Of a DNA stretch of 64,000 nt, positions 32,152 to 41,358 are shown piece after piece. The notes under the pieces are model-generated. The model worked only from the letters and a program-made list of their open reading frames with translations. It made no database searches and was not told the DNA's origin. Source of the DNA: Minisyncoccota bacterium. Its GTDB lineage: Bacteria > Patescibacteriota > Minisyncoccia > Phycocordibacterales > JABAAK01. Every line of letters begins with the position of its first letter. Positions within the stretch are counted from its first letter, which is position 1. Location of the stretch: contig OZ244939.1 in assembly GCA_965222235.1 (NCBI GenBank), positions 323,396 through 387,395 on the forward strand. The letters are read 5' to 3'. The position numbers and the translations under genes are program-made.

Positions 32152-32682
32152 TCATAATTTTTCCCTGATCTTAGATTTCAGGAAAATTAATTGTGATGAT
32201 GATGTATAAAATTTCCGGGATATATCGTAAAGAAGCAGAGGAATGACAACAAAAGAAAACAAAATCAAAAGATTCATATACTCAAAATTAAATAAGAAAG
32301 CGACAAGTAGAACGAAGTACAAAATGATAATAAAAAACAGATGGGATATCATAAATGGAACGAAAATATCAAAAGCCTTATCTTTTTCTTTAACCATTTC
32401 CTTCCCCTTTTTATCTACTATTTCCCACAACGAAGCAAAAAACTCACTGGAAGACATACGCTGATTCATAAAAAATCCTATGAAGATAATGTATACAGAA
32501 AACACAAGGAAAAACAGAGAAAAAATATCACTCGTCTCAATGAAATCAAAATTTAATTCAACAAAGAAAAATTTGTCAAGCAGAAAAACAATAAAAACCA
32601 GTGCCGATGTAAAATATAGTTGACGCTTTGCGGTAACCCAAAAATTTATAACTAATTGCATCAGAGTTATGTTTTCTTGCAT
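32152..32682 (-). CDS. Hypothetical four-helix membrane protein in the AT-rich islet
   Basis: Alternative starts at 32745 or 32730. Hydrophobic helices LVFIVFLLDKFFFV, IFSLFFLVFSVYIIFIGFF, HLFFIIILYFVLLVAFLF and LLILFSFVVIPLLLY. No recognisable domain. Confidence 0.5.
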   Translation of the reverse strand: MQENITLMQLVINFWVTAKRQLYFTSALVFIVFLLDKFFFVELNFDFIETSDIFSLFFLVFSVYIIFIGFFMNQRMSSSEFFASLWEIVDKKGKEMVKEKDKAFDIFVPFMISHLFFIIILYFVLLVAFLFNFEYMNLLILFSFVVIPLLLYDISRKFYTSSSQLIFLKSKIREKL

Positions 32683-32907
32683 GCCACCATTATACCACCT
32701 ATATGCGTAAAGCGTACGAATAAATTGCATCGTCTTTAGAAGCACGCAGTGCCGACCTTACGCGGATGCGTCGCCGCCAGTGTAAGAAACACGGTACGCC
32801 ACACAGCGACAGGCGTGTCAATACGCCAACGCAGTCAGTATATCGCCTTCAGAACTGCACAATCTTATTAACGCAACCTTGGATAACCTATGTACATTAT
32901 ATTGTTA

Positions 32908-33468
32908 CTAAAGAGCAACAGATATTGATATATGTGTATTTCTCTGCAGAAGAGTTAAGTCAGCCCTCTTATTTAATTCCCTTAACAAATTCTCCAAAAA
33001 ATACAAATGGTACGGTGCAAGTATGTCAGAGTTGGAGATGTCCATTTTTTCATTATACTTAAATTTTACCACAACATCTTCACATTTAGACAATATTTTT
33101 TTAAGGTTTTCTTCTGGAAAATTTCCTGCTCCGGCATCTTTTCTGGCTTTACACAAAGTTTCAAAACCTTTTTTTCTATGCTCATCATCATGAAAGATAT
33201 CTTGAATATATATTTTTGTCTCATCATTCAAGTTTTCAAAGAACTCTAATGTATTGTGATTATGCTCAGCTTTTTTATCATTTTCAATCATCCAAAACAT
33301 TTTCATAATTAACTCAAGACAAATAGTATTAAGAAGAATTTGTGTTAAAAAATAGTGAGTGGGACCTGTATCTGGGTCTACTACCATTCCCAAAACTTTA
33401 GAAGATCTTAAAAAGCTATCAGCACGATATGAGAATCTCTGTATCTGACTTTTTACTTCATTATTCAT
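32908..33468 (-). CDS. Hypothetical soluble protein (186 aa) in the AT-rich islet
   Basis: ATG at 33468; the upstream extension into the GC-rich region is rejected. Lys/Glu/Asn-rich. No recognisable domain. Confidence 0.5.
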   Translation of the reverse strand: MNNEVKSQIQRFSYRADSFLRSSKVLGMVVDPDTGPTHYFLTQILLNTICLELIMKMFWMIENDKKAEHNHNTLEFFENLNDETKIYIQDIFHDDEHRKKGFETLCKARKDAGAGNFPEENLKKILSKCEDVVVKFKYNEKMDISNSDILAPYHLYFLENLLRELNKRADLTLLQRNTHISISVAL

Positions 33469-33784
33469 ACAAGAAACAATAACAAATGAAAAGTATAAAA
33501 GCAAATATCTGAATGAGCGGAGCGAATACGGGCCCGTAGTGAAGCGGAGCGGCATTTGGCGGCACGCTTCGTAAAGTTCTGGTGTTGGTTGCAGCGTGCG
33601 GGTAGGTGGCGACACGGTTTTGGTCAGAGTACTGAGCGGGTCAAAGGGTGCGCTGTCGTCAAAATATTCTTTCAGTTTCCGTGCTATGGTTTGCGTATGG
33701 GGCTCTGAAGTCCACCAGACAGTACAATAATTGTTATCACAGCGGTACTCGCGGAAGCAGTGTTAATTGGGGTATTTCTATTAT

Positions 33785-36031
33785 CTATTCTTCATTCTTT
33801 TTGTCTGGGCGTAGGTTAATTCTTTCAATTTCTCTCAGATTTCTCAGATTGTTTGCCTTAATTGCCGATGGTGAAATGGTGTAAAGTACATTGTCCATAT
33901 ACAACGAACGATCTATGGTAAACAAATGAGAATAATTGTATGTATAGTCGTCCTCTTTTGATTCCCTTTCAAAGTGTGTTATCCTCCCCCGCTCTTTAAT
34001 GCCGGAGGGAGAGATGGTGAACACGAGCGCGCCGATCCATTGTGTATCATGCTGTATGTCGCGCGACATGGCGCGCTTTTCCTCAACGAGTGTCACGGGC
34101 AGCACCAGCAGTTCCCTTTCTTTGTCAAACAGGAATGCCCGGTGGTCGTGGATAACGCTTGTGCTTGTTCCGCGCGCGCCGATTTCGTACGATGCTTTCT
34201 CCTTCGGATTGTGCACATCGGAGACATCAAATAGCGAAACTTTCACGCCTTTGAACGATACCCATCTACTGTTGTCAGTGGTCGACCTGCCGACACCGAT
34301 GAGATAGTTCGCGTCATACGGATGCAGGTAGTCGGAAACGCCGGGTATTTTCAGTTCTCCCAGCACCTGCGGATTGGTTGGGTCGGAAAGATCTATCACA
34401 AACAACGGATCAACCTGCACGAAGGTCACCATATACAGCCGGTCGCCAATGAAACGGGTGGAATAAATACGCTCGCCTTTCGCAAGATCTTCCAGTGAGC
34501 CGACGGTCTTCATATTTTTATCCAGCACAAAGAGATGATTGAGGGACTTGTTTCCGCCGTGCGTCGTGGTTGCAATTCTAAAATATCCATTGTACTCATC
34601 CATAGAAAATTGATTGAGCGGCCTACCGACAACCTCCCCTTTGGAGACATACTGTATCGCACCATTGTTCACCCCTATCTTGTGCACAATGGTTTTTTGC
34701 CGTTCTTTATCATGCTTTCGTCTGATGTCCTCTGCTTCCTCCTCAAAACCGCTGAGAATAGTTGCGGCGGTTTCAGGGTTAATAGAACTGATCCATTCTT
34801 CAAGAATCCCCCCAATTGTTACATATTTCAACTCAATCTCATGAACTGTTTCATCCTCGTGTGATATGGAATCCCTGATCTTTTGTATTTCGGCTTTGGT
34901 GGCATTGGGAAGCTTCGGCAAAAGTATATTCAGCGAATCATCAAGCAACTCTAATTCGCTATATTGATTTTCATACTGGTAATTGATATAGAGGTTATCG
35001 CGGGACATAAAAAGATTTGAGGAGTGCCCGAGTAGGAATACTTTATTACGCACGGTGCCGTCGGTGATGCGGAGGGAAACAATATTGGTGAAGACATACG
35101 ACCGACCGGACGATCCGAAGTGATGTATCTCCGGGAAGTCCCGCTGTCGCGGAGAGAATTGCGGCATTCTCACGCCATCGTCAAAAAAACGTACGGGGGT
35201 CTGCGCAACCATATACACATACTCGCCGATCATTCGTGAATTGTTGTATTGCCCGTCAAACAGGAGATTGTGTTGCAACACCGGGTGTGCCCGATTCGTT
35301 ATGTTGTAAACAAGAATTCTTGTTTTTTCGCCGTCATTGTTACTTGTCGGTATGAATATAACGGCTGTGTTATCGTTAATGTACAATTCATTCGGATTCC
35401 AATGCCCGCCGAATTCACTGAGCGATGTGGTAGAAACAATCTCAGCGTTATATGGCGGGAATGCATCCACAATTACCAATCTTTTTTCATTTAAAAGGTA
35501 GATGTATTTTCCGTCATTTTTGATGAAGTCCGCTTCATCAACACCTGCCACCTGAATGTTCGTCGTTGAATAATCGTCGGCTAGGTCTTGAACCGCCGCA
35601 CCGACGGACACCTGTGCCGTATCAAGAGTTATTCCAGCTGAGGTTGTCAGCGACTCTACGCGCGACACCGAAGAAACCCGCTTCTGATACGTTTGGTCAT
35701 GCAAATACTGCGATTGACTTTCCCACAGGAATGCCTCCAGCTCTTTTTGTGAGGAGAAAGTTTGCAGGGTATTCTCTTTCCATTTTTTTTGACTAACATC
35801 CTCACTGTCTTTCGGAACGTCTTTCAGCGACTCTGCGGGTGCCGTATCATTTGGAGCCGGTGCCTCGGTCGGTATTTTCTCCGGTGTTTCTTTTTGTGTT
35901 GCTGTATCGGATGTTTTCTCATCCCCGTTATTGTAAGTATCTGATGTTTTCAGGATGTCCAGAGCACTATATAGCAGCACTATCCCGATTATTATTATAA
36001 ACAAGACAAAAAAGGGGGACATCTTTTTCAT
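33785..36031 (-). CDS. Signal-anchored secreted beta-propeller-domain protein (about 750 aa)
   Basis: N-terminal anchor MKKMSPFFVLFIIIIGIVLLYSAL and a Thr/Pro/Glu-rich linker. The C-terminal 500 aa has repeated YxxGDxLY/V-type blades resembling the archaeal/CPR 'beta_propel' family. Confidence 0.5.
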   Translation of the reverse strand: MKKMSPFFVLFIIIIGIVLLYSALDILKTSDTYNNGDEKTSDTATQKETPEKIPTEAPAPNDTAPAESLKDVPKDSEDVSQKKWKENTLQTFSSQKELEAFLWESQSQYLHDQTYQKRVSSVSRVESLTTSAGITLDTAQVSVGAAVQDLADDYSTTNIQVAGVDEADFIKNDGKYIYLLNEKRLVIVDAFPPYNAEIVSTTSLSEFGGHWNPNELYINDNTAVIFIPTSNNDGEKTRILVYNITNRAHPVLQHNLLFDGQYNNSRMIGEYVYMVAQTPVRFFDDGVRMPQFSPRQRDFPEIHHFGSSGRSYVFTNIVSLRITDGTVRNKVFLLGHSSNLFMSRDNLYINYQYENQYSELELLDDSLNILLPKLPNATKAEIQKIRDSISHEDETVHEIELKYVTIGGILEEWISSINPETAATILSGFEEEAEDIRRKHDKERQKTIVHKIGVNNGAIQYVSKGEVVGRPLNQFSMDEYNGYFRIATTTHGGNKSLNHLFVLDKNMKTVGSLEDLAKGERIYSTRFIGDRLYMVTFVQVDPLFVIDLSDPTNPQVLGELKIPGVSDYLHPYDANYLIGVGRSTTDNSRWVSFKGVKVSLFDVSDVHNPKEKASYEIGARGTSTSVIHDHRAFLFDKERELLVLPVTLVEEKRAMSRDIQHDTQWIGALVFTISPSGIKERGRITHFERESKEDDYTYNYSHLFTIDRSLYMDNVLYTISPSAIKANNLRNLREIERINLRPDKKNEE

Positions 36032-36090
36032 TACAGCCAGTATATCACATATTCTGCCCCAAAAACGGCGCTGTGTCATATTGAGATGCT

Positions 36091-36435
36091 ATGATGGCAT
36101 ATATGTTTGACTTCATATTCTCGAAGATGTTTGATGGAATGATGGAAACACCCGGGGGAGGTCGATCGGCGACATGGAGGTTTTTTCTTATCACCCTTTT
36201 CGGCATTCTGGTGTTGGCTGTTGTGGTTTTGCCGCTGCTTCTGCGGATAGTTGACGGTGTGCTTGCGCCGGGGTATGTGTATACCAGAACGGCATTTATC
36301 GTACTGTGGATGTTGATCGGCCTTCGGTATTTTTTGCTGTCGCTGCGGACGCGCAAGATAGGCGATGCAATTGGTGTTGTCGCCGTGTTCGGTATAACAG
36401 TCGCGGTGGTGTATGTACTCGGAAGCGCGGCATAG
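36091..36435 (+). CDS. Small three-helix membrane protein, hypothetical
   Basis: RFFLITLFGILVLAVVVLPLLL, FIVLWMLIGLRYFLL and IGVVAVFGITVAVVYVLG. Confidence 0.45.
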   Translation: MMAYMFDFIFSKMFDGMMETPGGGRSATWRFFLITLFGILVLAVVVLPLLLRIVDGVLAPGYVYTRTAFIVLWMLIGLRYFLLSLRTRKIGDAIGVVAVFGITVAVVYVLGSAA

Positions 36436-36493
36436 GTGTTTCAATCCAGGCCTTTATTCAAGGAAAATTCGGATATTTCAGAAATGAACGCGA

Positions 36494-37456
36494 TTACCCG
36501 TACCACCGTTCGCCGATTATCGTAAATAGTGCCATCCTGATGTAGACACCGTTCGCTGCCTGTGCGAAGTAGCGGGCCCTTGGATCTGTGTCCACTTCAG
36601 TGCTTATCTCATTCAGGCGGGGCAGTGGATGAAGTATAATGGCATCCTTTTTCATTGATGACGCTATTTCCGGTGTCAGAATGTAGGTGTCTTTTGCTCG
36701 TTCGTATTCCTGCAAATTGTCAAATCGTTCTTTTTGTATTCTTGTCATGTAACAGACATCGGCATCTTTAACAGCACGGGCAAGTGAGTTAGTTTCTGTG
36801 AATCGGGTATCCTTTTCTTTCAGAAAATTTCTCAGTGAATCTTTTATTCGTGAATTGTCCGGTGAGACGAAATTGAAACTGTTTCCCGGGAAATCCGCGA
36901 GTAGGTATACAAGAGATTCCGCCGTCCGTCCGCGCAGCAGGTCGCCGACCACTACTATATGCATATTCTCAGTTCTGCCGATGTCTTCGTGTATTGTGAA
37001 GAGGTCAAGCAGTGATTGTGTCGGATGTTGATCCGTTCCGTTACCCGCGTTTATCAGTGGTATTTTTGCAGTTTGTATTGCCTCATAGATTGAATTGTTG
37101 TCCGTATGTCTGAGAACGATAAAATTGCCGTAGAAATTTGAGACGGCTATTGAATCGGTCAATGACTCTCCTTTTGCCGCGGATGACATTGTTTTCGCGT
37201 TTTCCGTTGAGATACATCGCATGTTCAATTTATGCGCCGCATTCTCAAAGGAAAATCTTGTTCTTGTTGAGGGTTCATAAAAGAGGTTTATCGCTATCTT
37301 GTCTTTCAAAAAAGAAGGAGGTGCTACCTCCTCATTTTTATATTGTTTCGCTGTTGCAAATATTTTTTGAATAAATTGTTTATCAAACTGTCTCGTATGC
37401 AATATATGCTTTCTCGGATCTGTCGTGATTATTTTTTCCTTGACCTCCTTACTCAC
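36494..37456 (-). CDS. pyrB: Aspartate carbamoyltransferase catalytic subunit
   Basis: FYEPSTRTRFSFE carbamoyl-phosphate site, HPTQSLLD and HPLPRLNEI (Asp site). GTG start. Confidence 0.8.
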   Translation of the reverse strand: MSKEVKEKIITTDPRKHILHTRQFDKQFIQKIFATAKQYKNEEVAPPSFLKDKIAINLFYEPSTRTRFSFENAAHKLNMRCISTENAKTMSSAAKGESLTDSIAVSNFYGNFIVLRHTDNNSIYEAIQTAKIPLINAGNGTDQHPTQSLLDLFTIHEDIGRTENMHIVVVGDLLRGRTAESLVYLLADFPGNSFNFVSPDNSRIKDSLRNFLKEKDTRFTETNSLARAVKDADVCYMTRIQKERFDNLQEYERAKDTYILTPEIASSMKKDAIILHPLPRLNEISTEVDTDPRARYFAQAANGVYIRMALFTIIGERWYG

Positions 37457-37599
37457 TTTTTACAGTATACTATAGACATTTTTTTCTTATGGTTCTATGT
37501 GGATTTTTGTTTTGCATACTGGTTTTGGGGCGGTATCCGACATTGGAGCCGTATGTTGATTCTTCGGGGATCGCGCTGCGCGACTAGATACCGTTTTTC

Positions 37600-40293
37600 T
37601 TATCTAAATAAAATATATTGCGGTATTCCGGGTGATTGATCGGTCGTTTCATCGGCAAGCACAGCGTTGACATGCGCCCGTGTTTTCGGTCCGAAGAATC
37701 CGCGCGCCGGGGTGATACTGTTCGTCTCCTGATACTGCCTAACCGCATCCTGCGTCAGGGCACCGAAGTAGGTGGTTTCAAATCCCGGAGATCCCGCCCG
37801 TCCCGGCTCATTAATTGTGTATCCCTTTCGGTTAAGGAATTGCTGGAGTGCCCTGACATCCTCACCGATACTGCCGATGGTGAGATTGCGGGTGAATGAC
37901 GTTACCGTTGTTCCGGATGAACCCCGCTTTTCCCGTATCTCCAGTCGGGGCTCCTCGTGCTGCTGCCGTTGTGCTGCCAGCGGCGGTATTTCCTGCTGCT
38001 GTTGGCCCGGCTGTTGTTGTGCTGTCGGCAGCGGTATTTCCTGCTGCTGTTGACCCGGTTGTTTGTGTGTTGTCGGCAGCGGTATTTCCTGCTGCTGTTG
38101 ACCCTGCTGTTTTTGTGCTGTCGGTAGCGTAATTGACTGAGAAAAGGTGTCCAAAACTATATCTGTTGTAGGCGACAGGGCAGTAATCGTATTACTCGAA
38201 TCCTGCGTGTAGACCACCGTTGCCGAAGTGCCCGTCGGTATGCTTTCCGCCAAGGTAATATATATCTCACGTTCACAGTACTTCGTGTTGCCGGTGCCGT
38301 CGCAGGCATCAACATATACCGCGGTCGCCGCTATACTTCTTTCGTCACTCAGTTTCACAATGAAGTCGTCTGTAAAAAGTGTCCCATCGTGAAGCTGCTT
38401 GTTCAACCGCACCAGAACAGCAGCAGGGTCAGAAATATAGTGAGCGAATAAAACTTCGAGCGGTTCACTATAAATTAAATCCTTATACAGTTCCGTCAAT
38501 TCGGCTAATGTGTCCCGGAGTATCTTCCCCCTGCCGTTGTTCGCTTTCAACTGCCCCTCCATTTCATCCCTAAGCTCTGGTGTGATAAGGTTAAAGATTT
38601 CATCGTTAACATTCACTATTTGATGAAGGTTGGGGCTCCAGTCCACCTGAAACTCATTAATATCCAATGTTGCCGTATTTCCGTACTTGTCTTTGACAGT
38701 AATGACGCAGCCGTTGTAGATCACACCGTCATACAGATAGTTAAACTTTACTTCCGTGTCCGTGTCCGGTTCCACAATCGTCGGAGCGAGTTCCAGATGA
38801 CTGTCCTCGTAGGTGTTGCCGGAACTGCTCGTACAGTCACGACCGGTGTTGCCCGCTTTGGTGCTGTAGGTAACCCTCCCCCATTCGTTAGATCTGAACA
38901 CATATACCGGATACAAGGTATCGCTCGGAGACGGTACCGGCGTTACCTCAGTTAGTATCGGCGGCGTCGTGTCCGATGAAATAACAGTATAGGTAATTCC
39001 CAATGGTTCGGAGGTATTTCCGTAGTAATCCCGCACGCTGAAAGAACAGGTTTTTACTCCGCTAACTCCTGCATAGTCTCCTGATGTTATCGGCAGATCA
39101 CGCGCTTTTTCAAGGGTGACCGTATTTCCTCCATCTTTAACCCGTATAGACCCCCCCAGATCGAAAACAAACATACAGCCCCCCGGATCTGCCCGGGCGG
39201 CAACTAACACGCCACTTTCCGAGGAGTTAAAGGTATAGGTCGGCTCGGTCTTATCGTCTATAACCAGCGGTGAAACTTTTCCCGGAATAAGAGTCGGCGG
39301 TGTTGTGTCCGGAACATACTCAGCACAGGAGTTATCGAATTCCCGCCATACACCCGCATCGGTGCAGGTATACCCACAATTGCCCTGCCACCTTTTATTC
39401 GCATCGTCCGGATTTATACACACCCCCTGCATGGTATTACCCGGAGAAACAGTAAAGTTCAGAGAACAGTTCTTTATCGTTTCCGGAACACAATTCTTCC
39501 TCTCCCGCCGGCATGAGTTGGAACGCACCCTCCAGGTACTGTCGCCGCAGTAGTAGGTACACTCCCCAATCAGTCCGGAACCACATGTTCCGTCTTTTGA
39601 CTCTCCCGATCTGGCTAAGGGAAGGCTGCACTCCTCGTCTTTTGCACCCTTCACCCCCGCTGAGCAGCCGTCTTTCTCCATATGGCAGAGTATTGTCCCC
39701 CGAATAGAGTTTGATTCTTTTTCGCAGGTCCAGGAATAATGATTCAGATTCGTAAAATCACTGCCTTCCGTCAGCTTGCCGTTTATACAGGCATCCTTTG
39801 CAACGCCGCATTCAAGAGGGCGCGGAGCATTCGCATCATCGCCGCCGGTAAATAGCAAATATCGAATGTCAAAGTGGGCTACGCCGACACCCGATACTGA
39901 TTTCAAATCATACTGAATTGTTTGTGCATTGGCACCTGTGTAAAATACATACACCTCCGCCCCTGAAGGAAAGGGGCTCACCAGGTGTATGACAATCTCT
40001 CTAGTCGCCGTCTCGGTGGTTGTCGCGATATCAACGGAGGCAATCTCCCCTTTCCATCCCCCGTCGGCACCGACACGCAGGTCATTCCGCAGAATGTTGG
40101 CATGATAGTTTTCAACATAGACCGGTCGATCAAAAGTGATCGTCACCGATCGTTCCGTGTAAGTCCCCGCCGCCGGCCGAGGAGCACCCGACGGTGCGTT
40201 TTCATTGACGAAGATTTCCTGACCGTGCGCCGGAACAGCCCATGCGAGCAGAATAACCGCCATCAGAAAAATCATTCCGATGGGTATACGCAT
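37600..40293 (-). CDS. Large secreted surface protein (about 900 aa) with Gln-rich tandem repeats and a C-terminal peptidoglycan-binding (PG_binding_1-like) domain
   Basis: Signal peptide MRIPIGMIFLMAVILLAWAVPAHGQ. Many Cys pairs. Repeats QQGQQQQEIPLPT. The C-terminus GEDVRALQQFLNRKGYTINEPGRAGSPGFETTYFGALTQDAVRQYQ matches the PG_binding_1 pattern. Confidence 0.65.
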   Translation of the reverse strand: MRIPIGMIFLMAVILLAWAVPAHGQEIFVNENAPSGAPRPAAGTYTERSVTITFDRPVYVENYHANILRNDLRVGADGGWKGEIASVDIATTTETATREIVIHLVSPFPSGAEVYVFYTGANAQTIQYDLKSVSGVGVAHFDIRYLLFTGGDDANAPRPLECGVAKDACINGKLTEGSDFTNLNHYSWTCEKESNSIRGTILCHMEKDGCSAGVKGAKDEECSLPLARSGESKDGTCGSGLIGECTYYCGDSTWRVRSNSCRRERKNCVPETIKNCSLNFTVSPGNTMQGVCINPDDANKRWQGNCGYTCTDAGVWREFDNSCAEYVPDTTPPTLIPGKVSPLVIDDKTEPTYTFNSSESGVLVAARADPGGCMFVFDLGGSIRVKDGGNTVTLEKARDLPITSGDYAGVSGVKTCSFSVRDYYGNTSEPLGITYTVISSDTTPPILTEVTPVPSPSDTLYPVYVFRSNEWGRVTYSTKAGNTGRDCTSSSGNTYEDSHLELAPTIVEPDTDTEVKFNYLYDGVIYNGCVITVKDKYGNTATLDINEFQVDWSPNLHQIVNVNDEIFNLITPELRDEMEGQLKANNGRGKILRDTLAELTELYKDLIYSEPLEVLFAHYISDPAAVLVRLNKQLHDGTLFTDDFIVKLSDERSIAATAVYVDACDGTGNTKYCEREIYITLAESIPTGTSATVVYTQDSSNTITALSPTTDIVLDTFSQSITLPTAQKQQGQQQQEIPLPTTHKQPGQQQQEIPLPTAQQQPGQQQQEIPPLAAQRQQHEEPRLEIREKRGSSGTTVTSFTRNLTIGSIGEDVRALQQFLNRKGYTINEPGRAGSPGFETTYFGALTQDAVRQYQETNSITPARGFFGPKTRAHVNAVLADETTDQSPGIPQYILFR
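37975..38140. repeat. Tandem repeat of about 57 nt, three copies, in frame (encodes the QQPGQQQQEIPLPT repeats)
   Basis: GGCAGCGGTATTTCCTGCTGCTGTTG... recurs three times with minor substitutions. Confidence 0.7.
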
Positions 40294-40448
40294 TGCAAGC
40301 TGACAGGGATTCATTAACACCAATATACCACACGCTCAACAATGCCGAAAAGGAAGTGGAAAACAAAAAAGGTGCCATATATACATAGAGAAAAACTCCG
40401 CATACGCGGAGTTTGTCTCGTTCAGCAATTCGTTTGCCGAAGTAGTGC

Positions 40449-40967
40449 TTAGTCAGTGAAGTTGCAGGAACCGCCATCCTCTGCAATCTGCAGTTTCACC
40501 GGATCCGACCACGGACCAAGGGTGATGTTTGAGGTTGCGCCCGCATGCGGTGCTTGTACCGCCCTGACATAGAAGGTGATGTAACTGTCATCTTTGGGCA
40601 TAAGCCGCCATACTCTCATCGGCCAGCAGAAACCGCTGGTGGTAACGGAGAATGTCGTGTCATCGTTGCCTTCCATTAAGTAGTATGTCTCTCTATTCAG
40701 CACACTGTCGGTTCCCTGCTGATTCTGCATGAGAAAGGCAACCCGGTATCCGGTGGCACCGGTAACAGAATTCCACTTCAGAAGCTGACCGCCGTTATGC
40801 ATCTTGTTAAGATCACTGTCCGGATTCTTATGCTTGAACGCTCCGACAGTCTGTCCGAGGGGGTTTGCGCCGAACGCCGTCTGCGCTGTGAATGCGATAC
40901 CGAATACCGAAACAGCAACGAAACAGATTGCGAGAAACAGACCGCCCAGTGTATATGTCTTATTCAT
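40449..40967 (-). CDS. Small secreted FN3-like protein; paralog of the gene at 50451-50933
   Basis: Signal anchor. WNSVTGATGYRVAF, CWPMRVW, YVRAV and GPWSDPVKL...GGSCNFTD are shared with 50451-50933 (WDKHPQADGYRIVSY, CWIMRNW, YFRVR, GTWSESVKL...GACVFSD). Confidence 0.55.
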   Translation of the reverse strand: MNKTYTLGGLFLAICFVAVSVFGIAFTAQTAFGANPLGQTVGAFKHKNPDSDLNKMHNGGQLLKWNSVTGATGYRVAFLMQNQQGTDSVLNRETYYLMEGNDDTTFSVTTSGFCWPMRVWRLMPKDDSYITFYVRAVQAPHAGATSNITLGPWSDPVKLQIAEDGGSCNFTD

Positions 40968-41288
40968 ATCTTTTATGTGTTAGATTAAGAAAGTAATAAA
41001 TTTTAGTTACAAAATTCGGCATGTTCCCCTTTTTTATAACTCTGCATGTAGTATACCTGATACGCCATTACCATCGGTAAGGTTATACACAGCCCTTTCT
41101 TTCAGTGTATCAAACTATCCTTTAATTGCATGTCAAGTCCGGAAATATCCGCTTAGTATTCAAGCTATTATCGTCAAGAACAAAAGGGTTTTGTGCAACA
41201 CACTCACATCGCTACCATGTCAACAGACAGTGGTGCGCTGATCTGCTGTGTAAGGTATATAGGCGGTGAACAACGGTACGGCGGAGTA

Positions 41289-41318
41289 TGCACCAAAGAA
41301 CACCCCGCACGGATGTGC
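41289..41318 (-). terminator. Strong 13-bp hairpin downstream of the giant gene; probable terminator
   Basis: GAACACCCCGCAC-GGAT-GTGCGGGGTGTTC. Only a short T-run (TTTGG) follows on the minus strand. Confidence 0.4.
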
Positions 41319-41358
41319 GGGGTGTTCTCGGTCAGTGTTTCCGTATTCGTACCGGCGG

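Noticed and set aside
33528-33545. 10-nt identity (GGGCCCGTAG) between the right edge of the AT-rich islet and the 5' end of tRNA-Ala, as a possible att duplication
   Set aside because: A 10-mer match has about 0.1 chance expectation in a 64-kb window. GGGCCC is palindromic. tRNA-targeting integrases duplicate the 3' end of the tRNA, not the 5' end. Kept only as a note.
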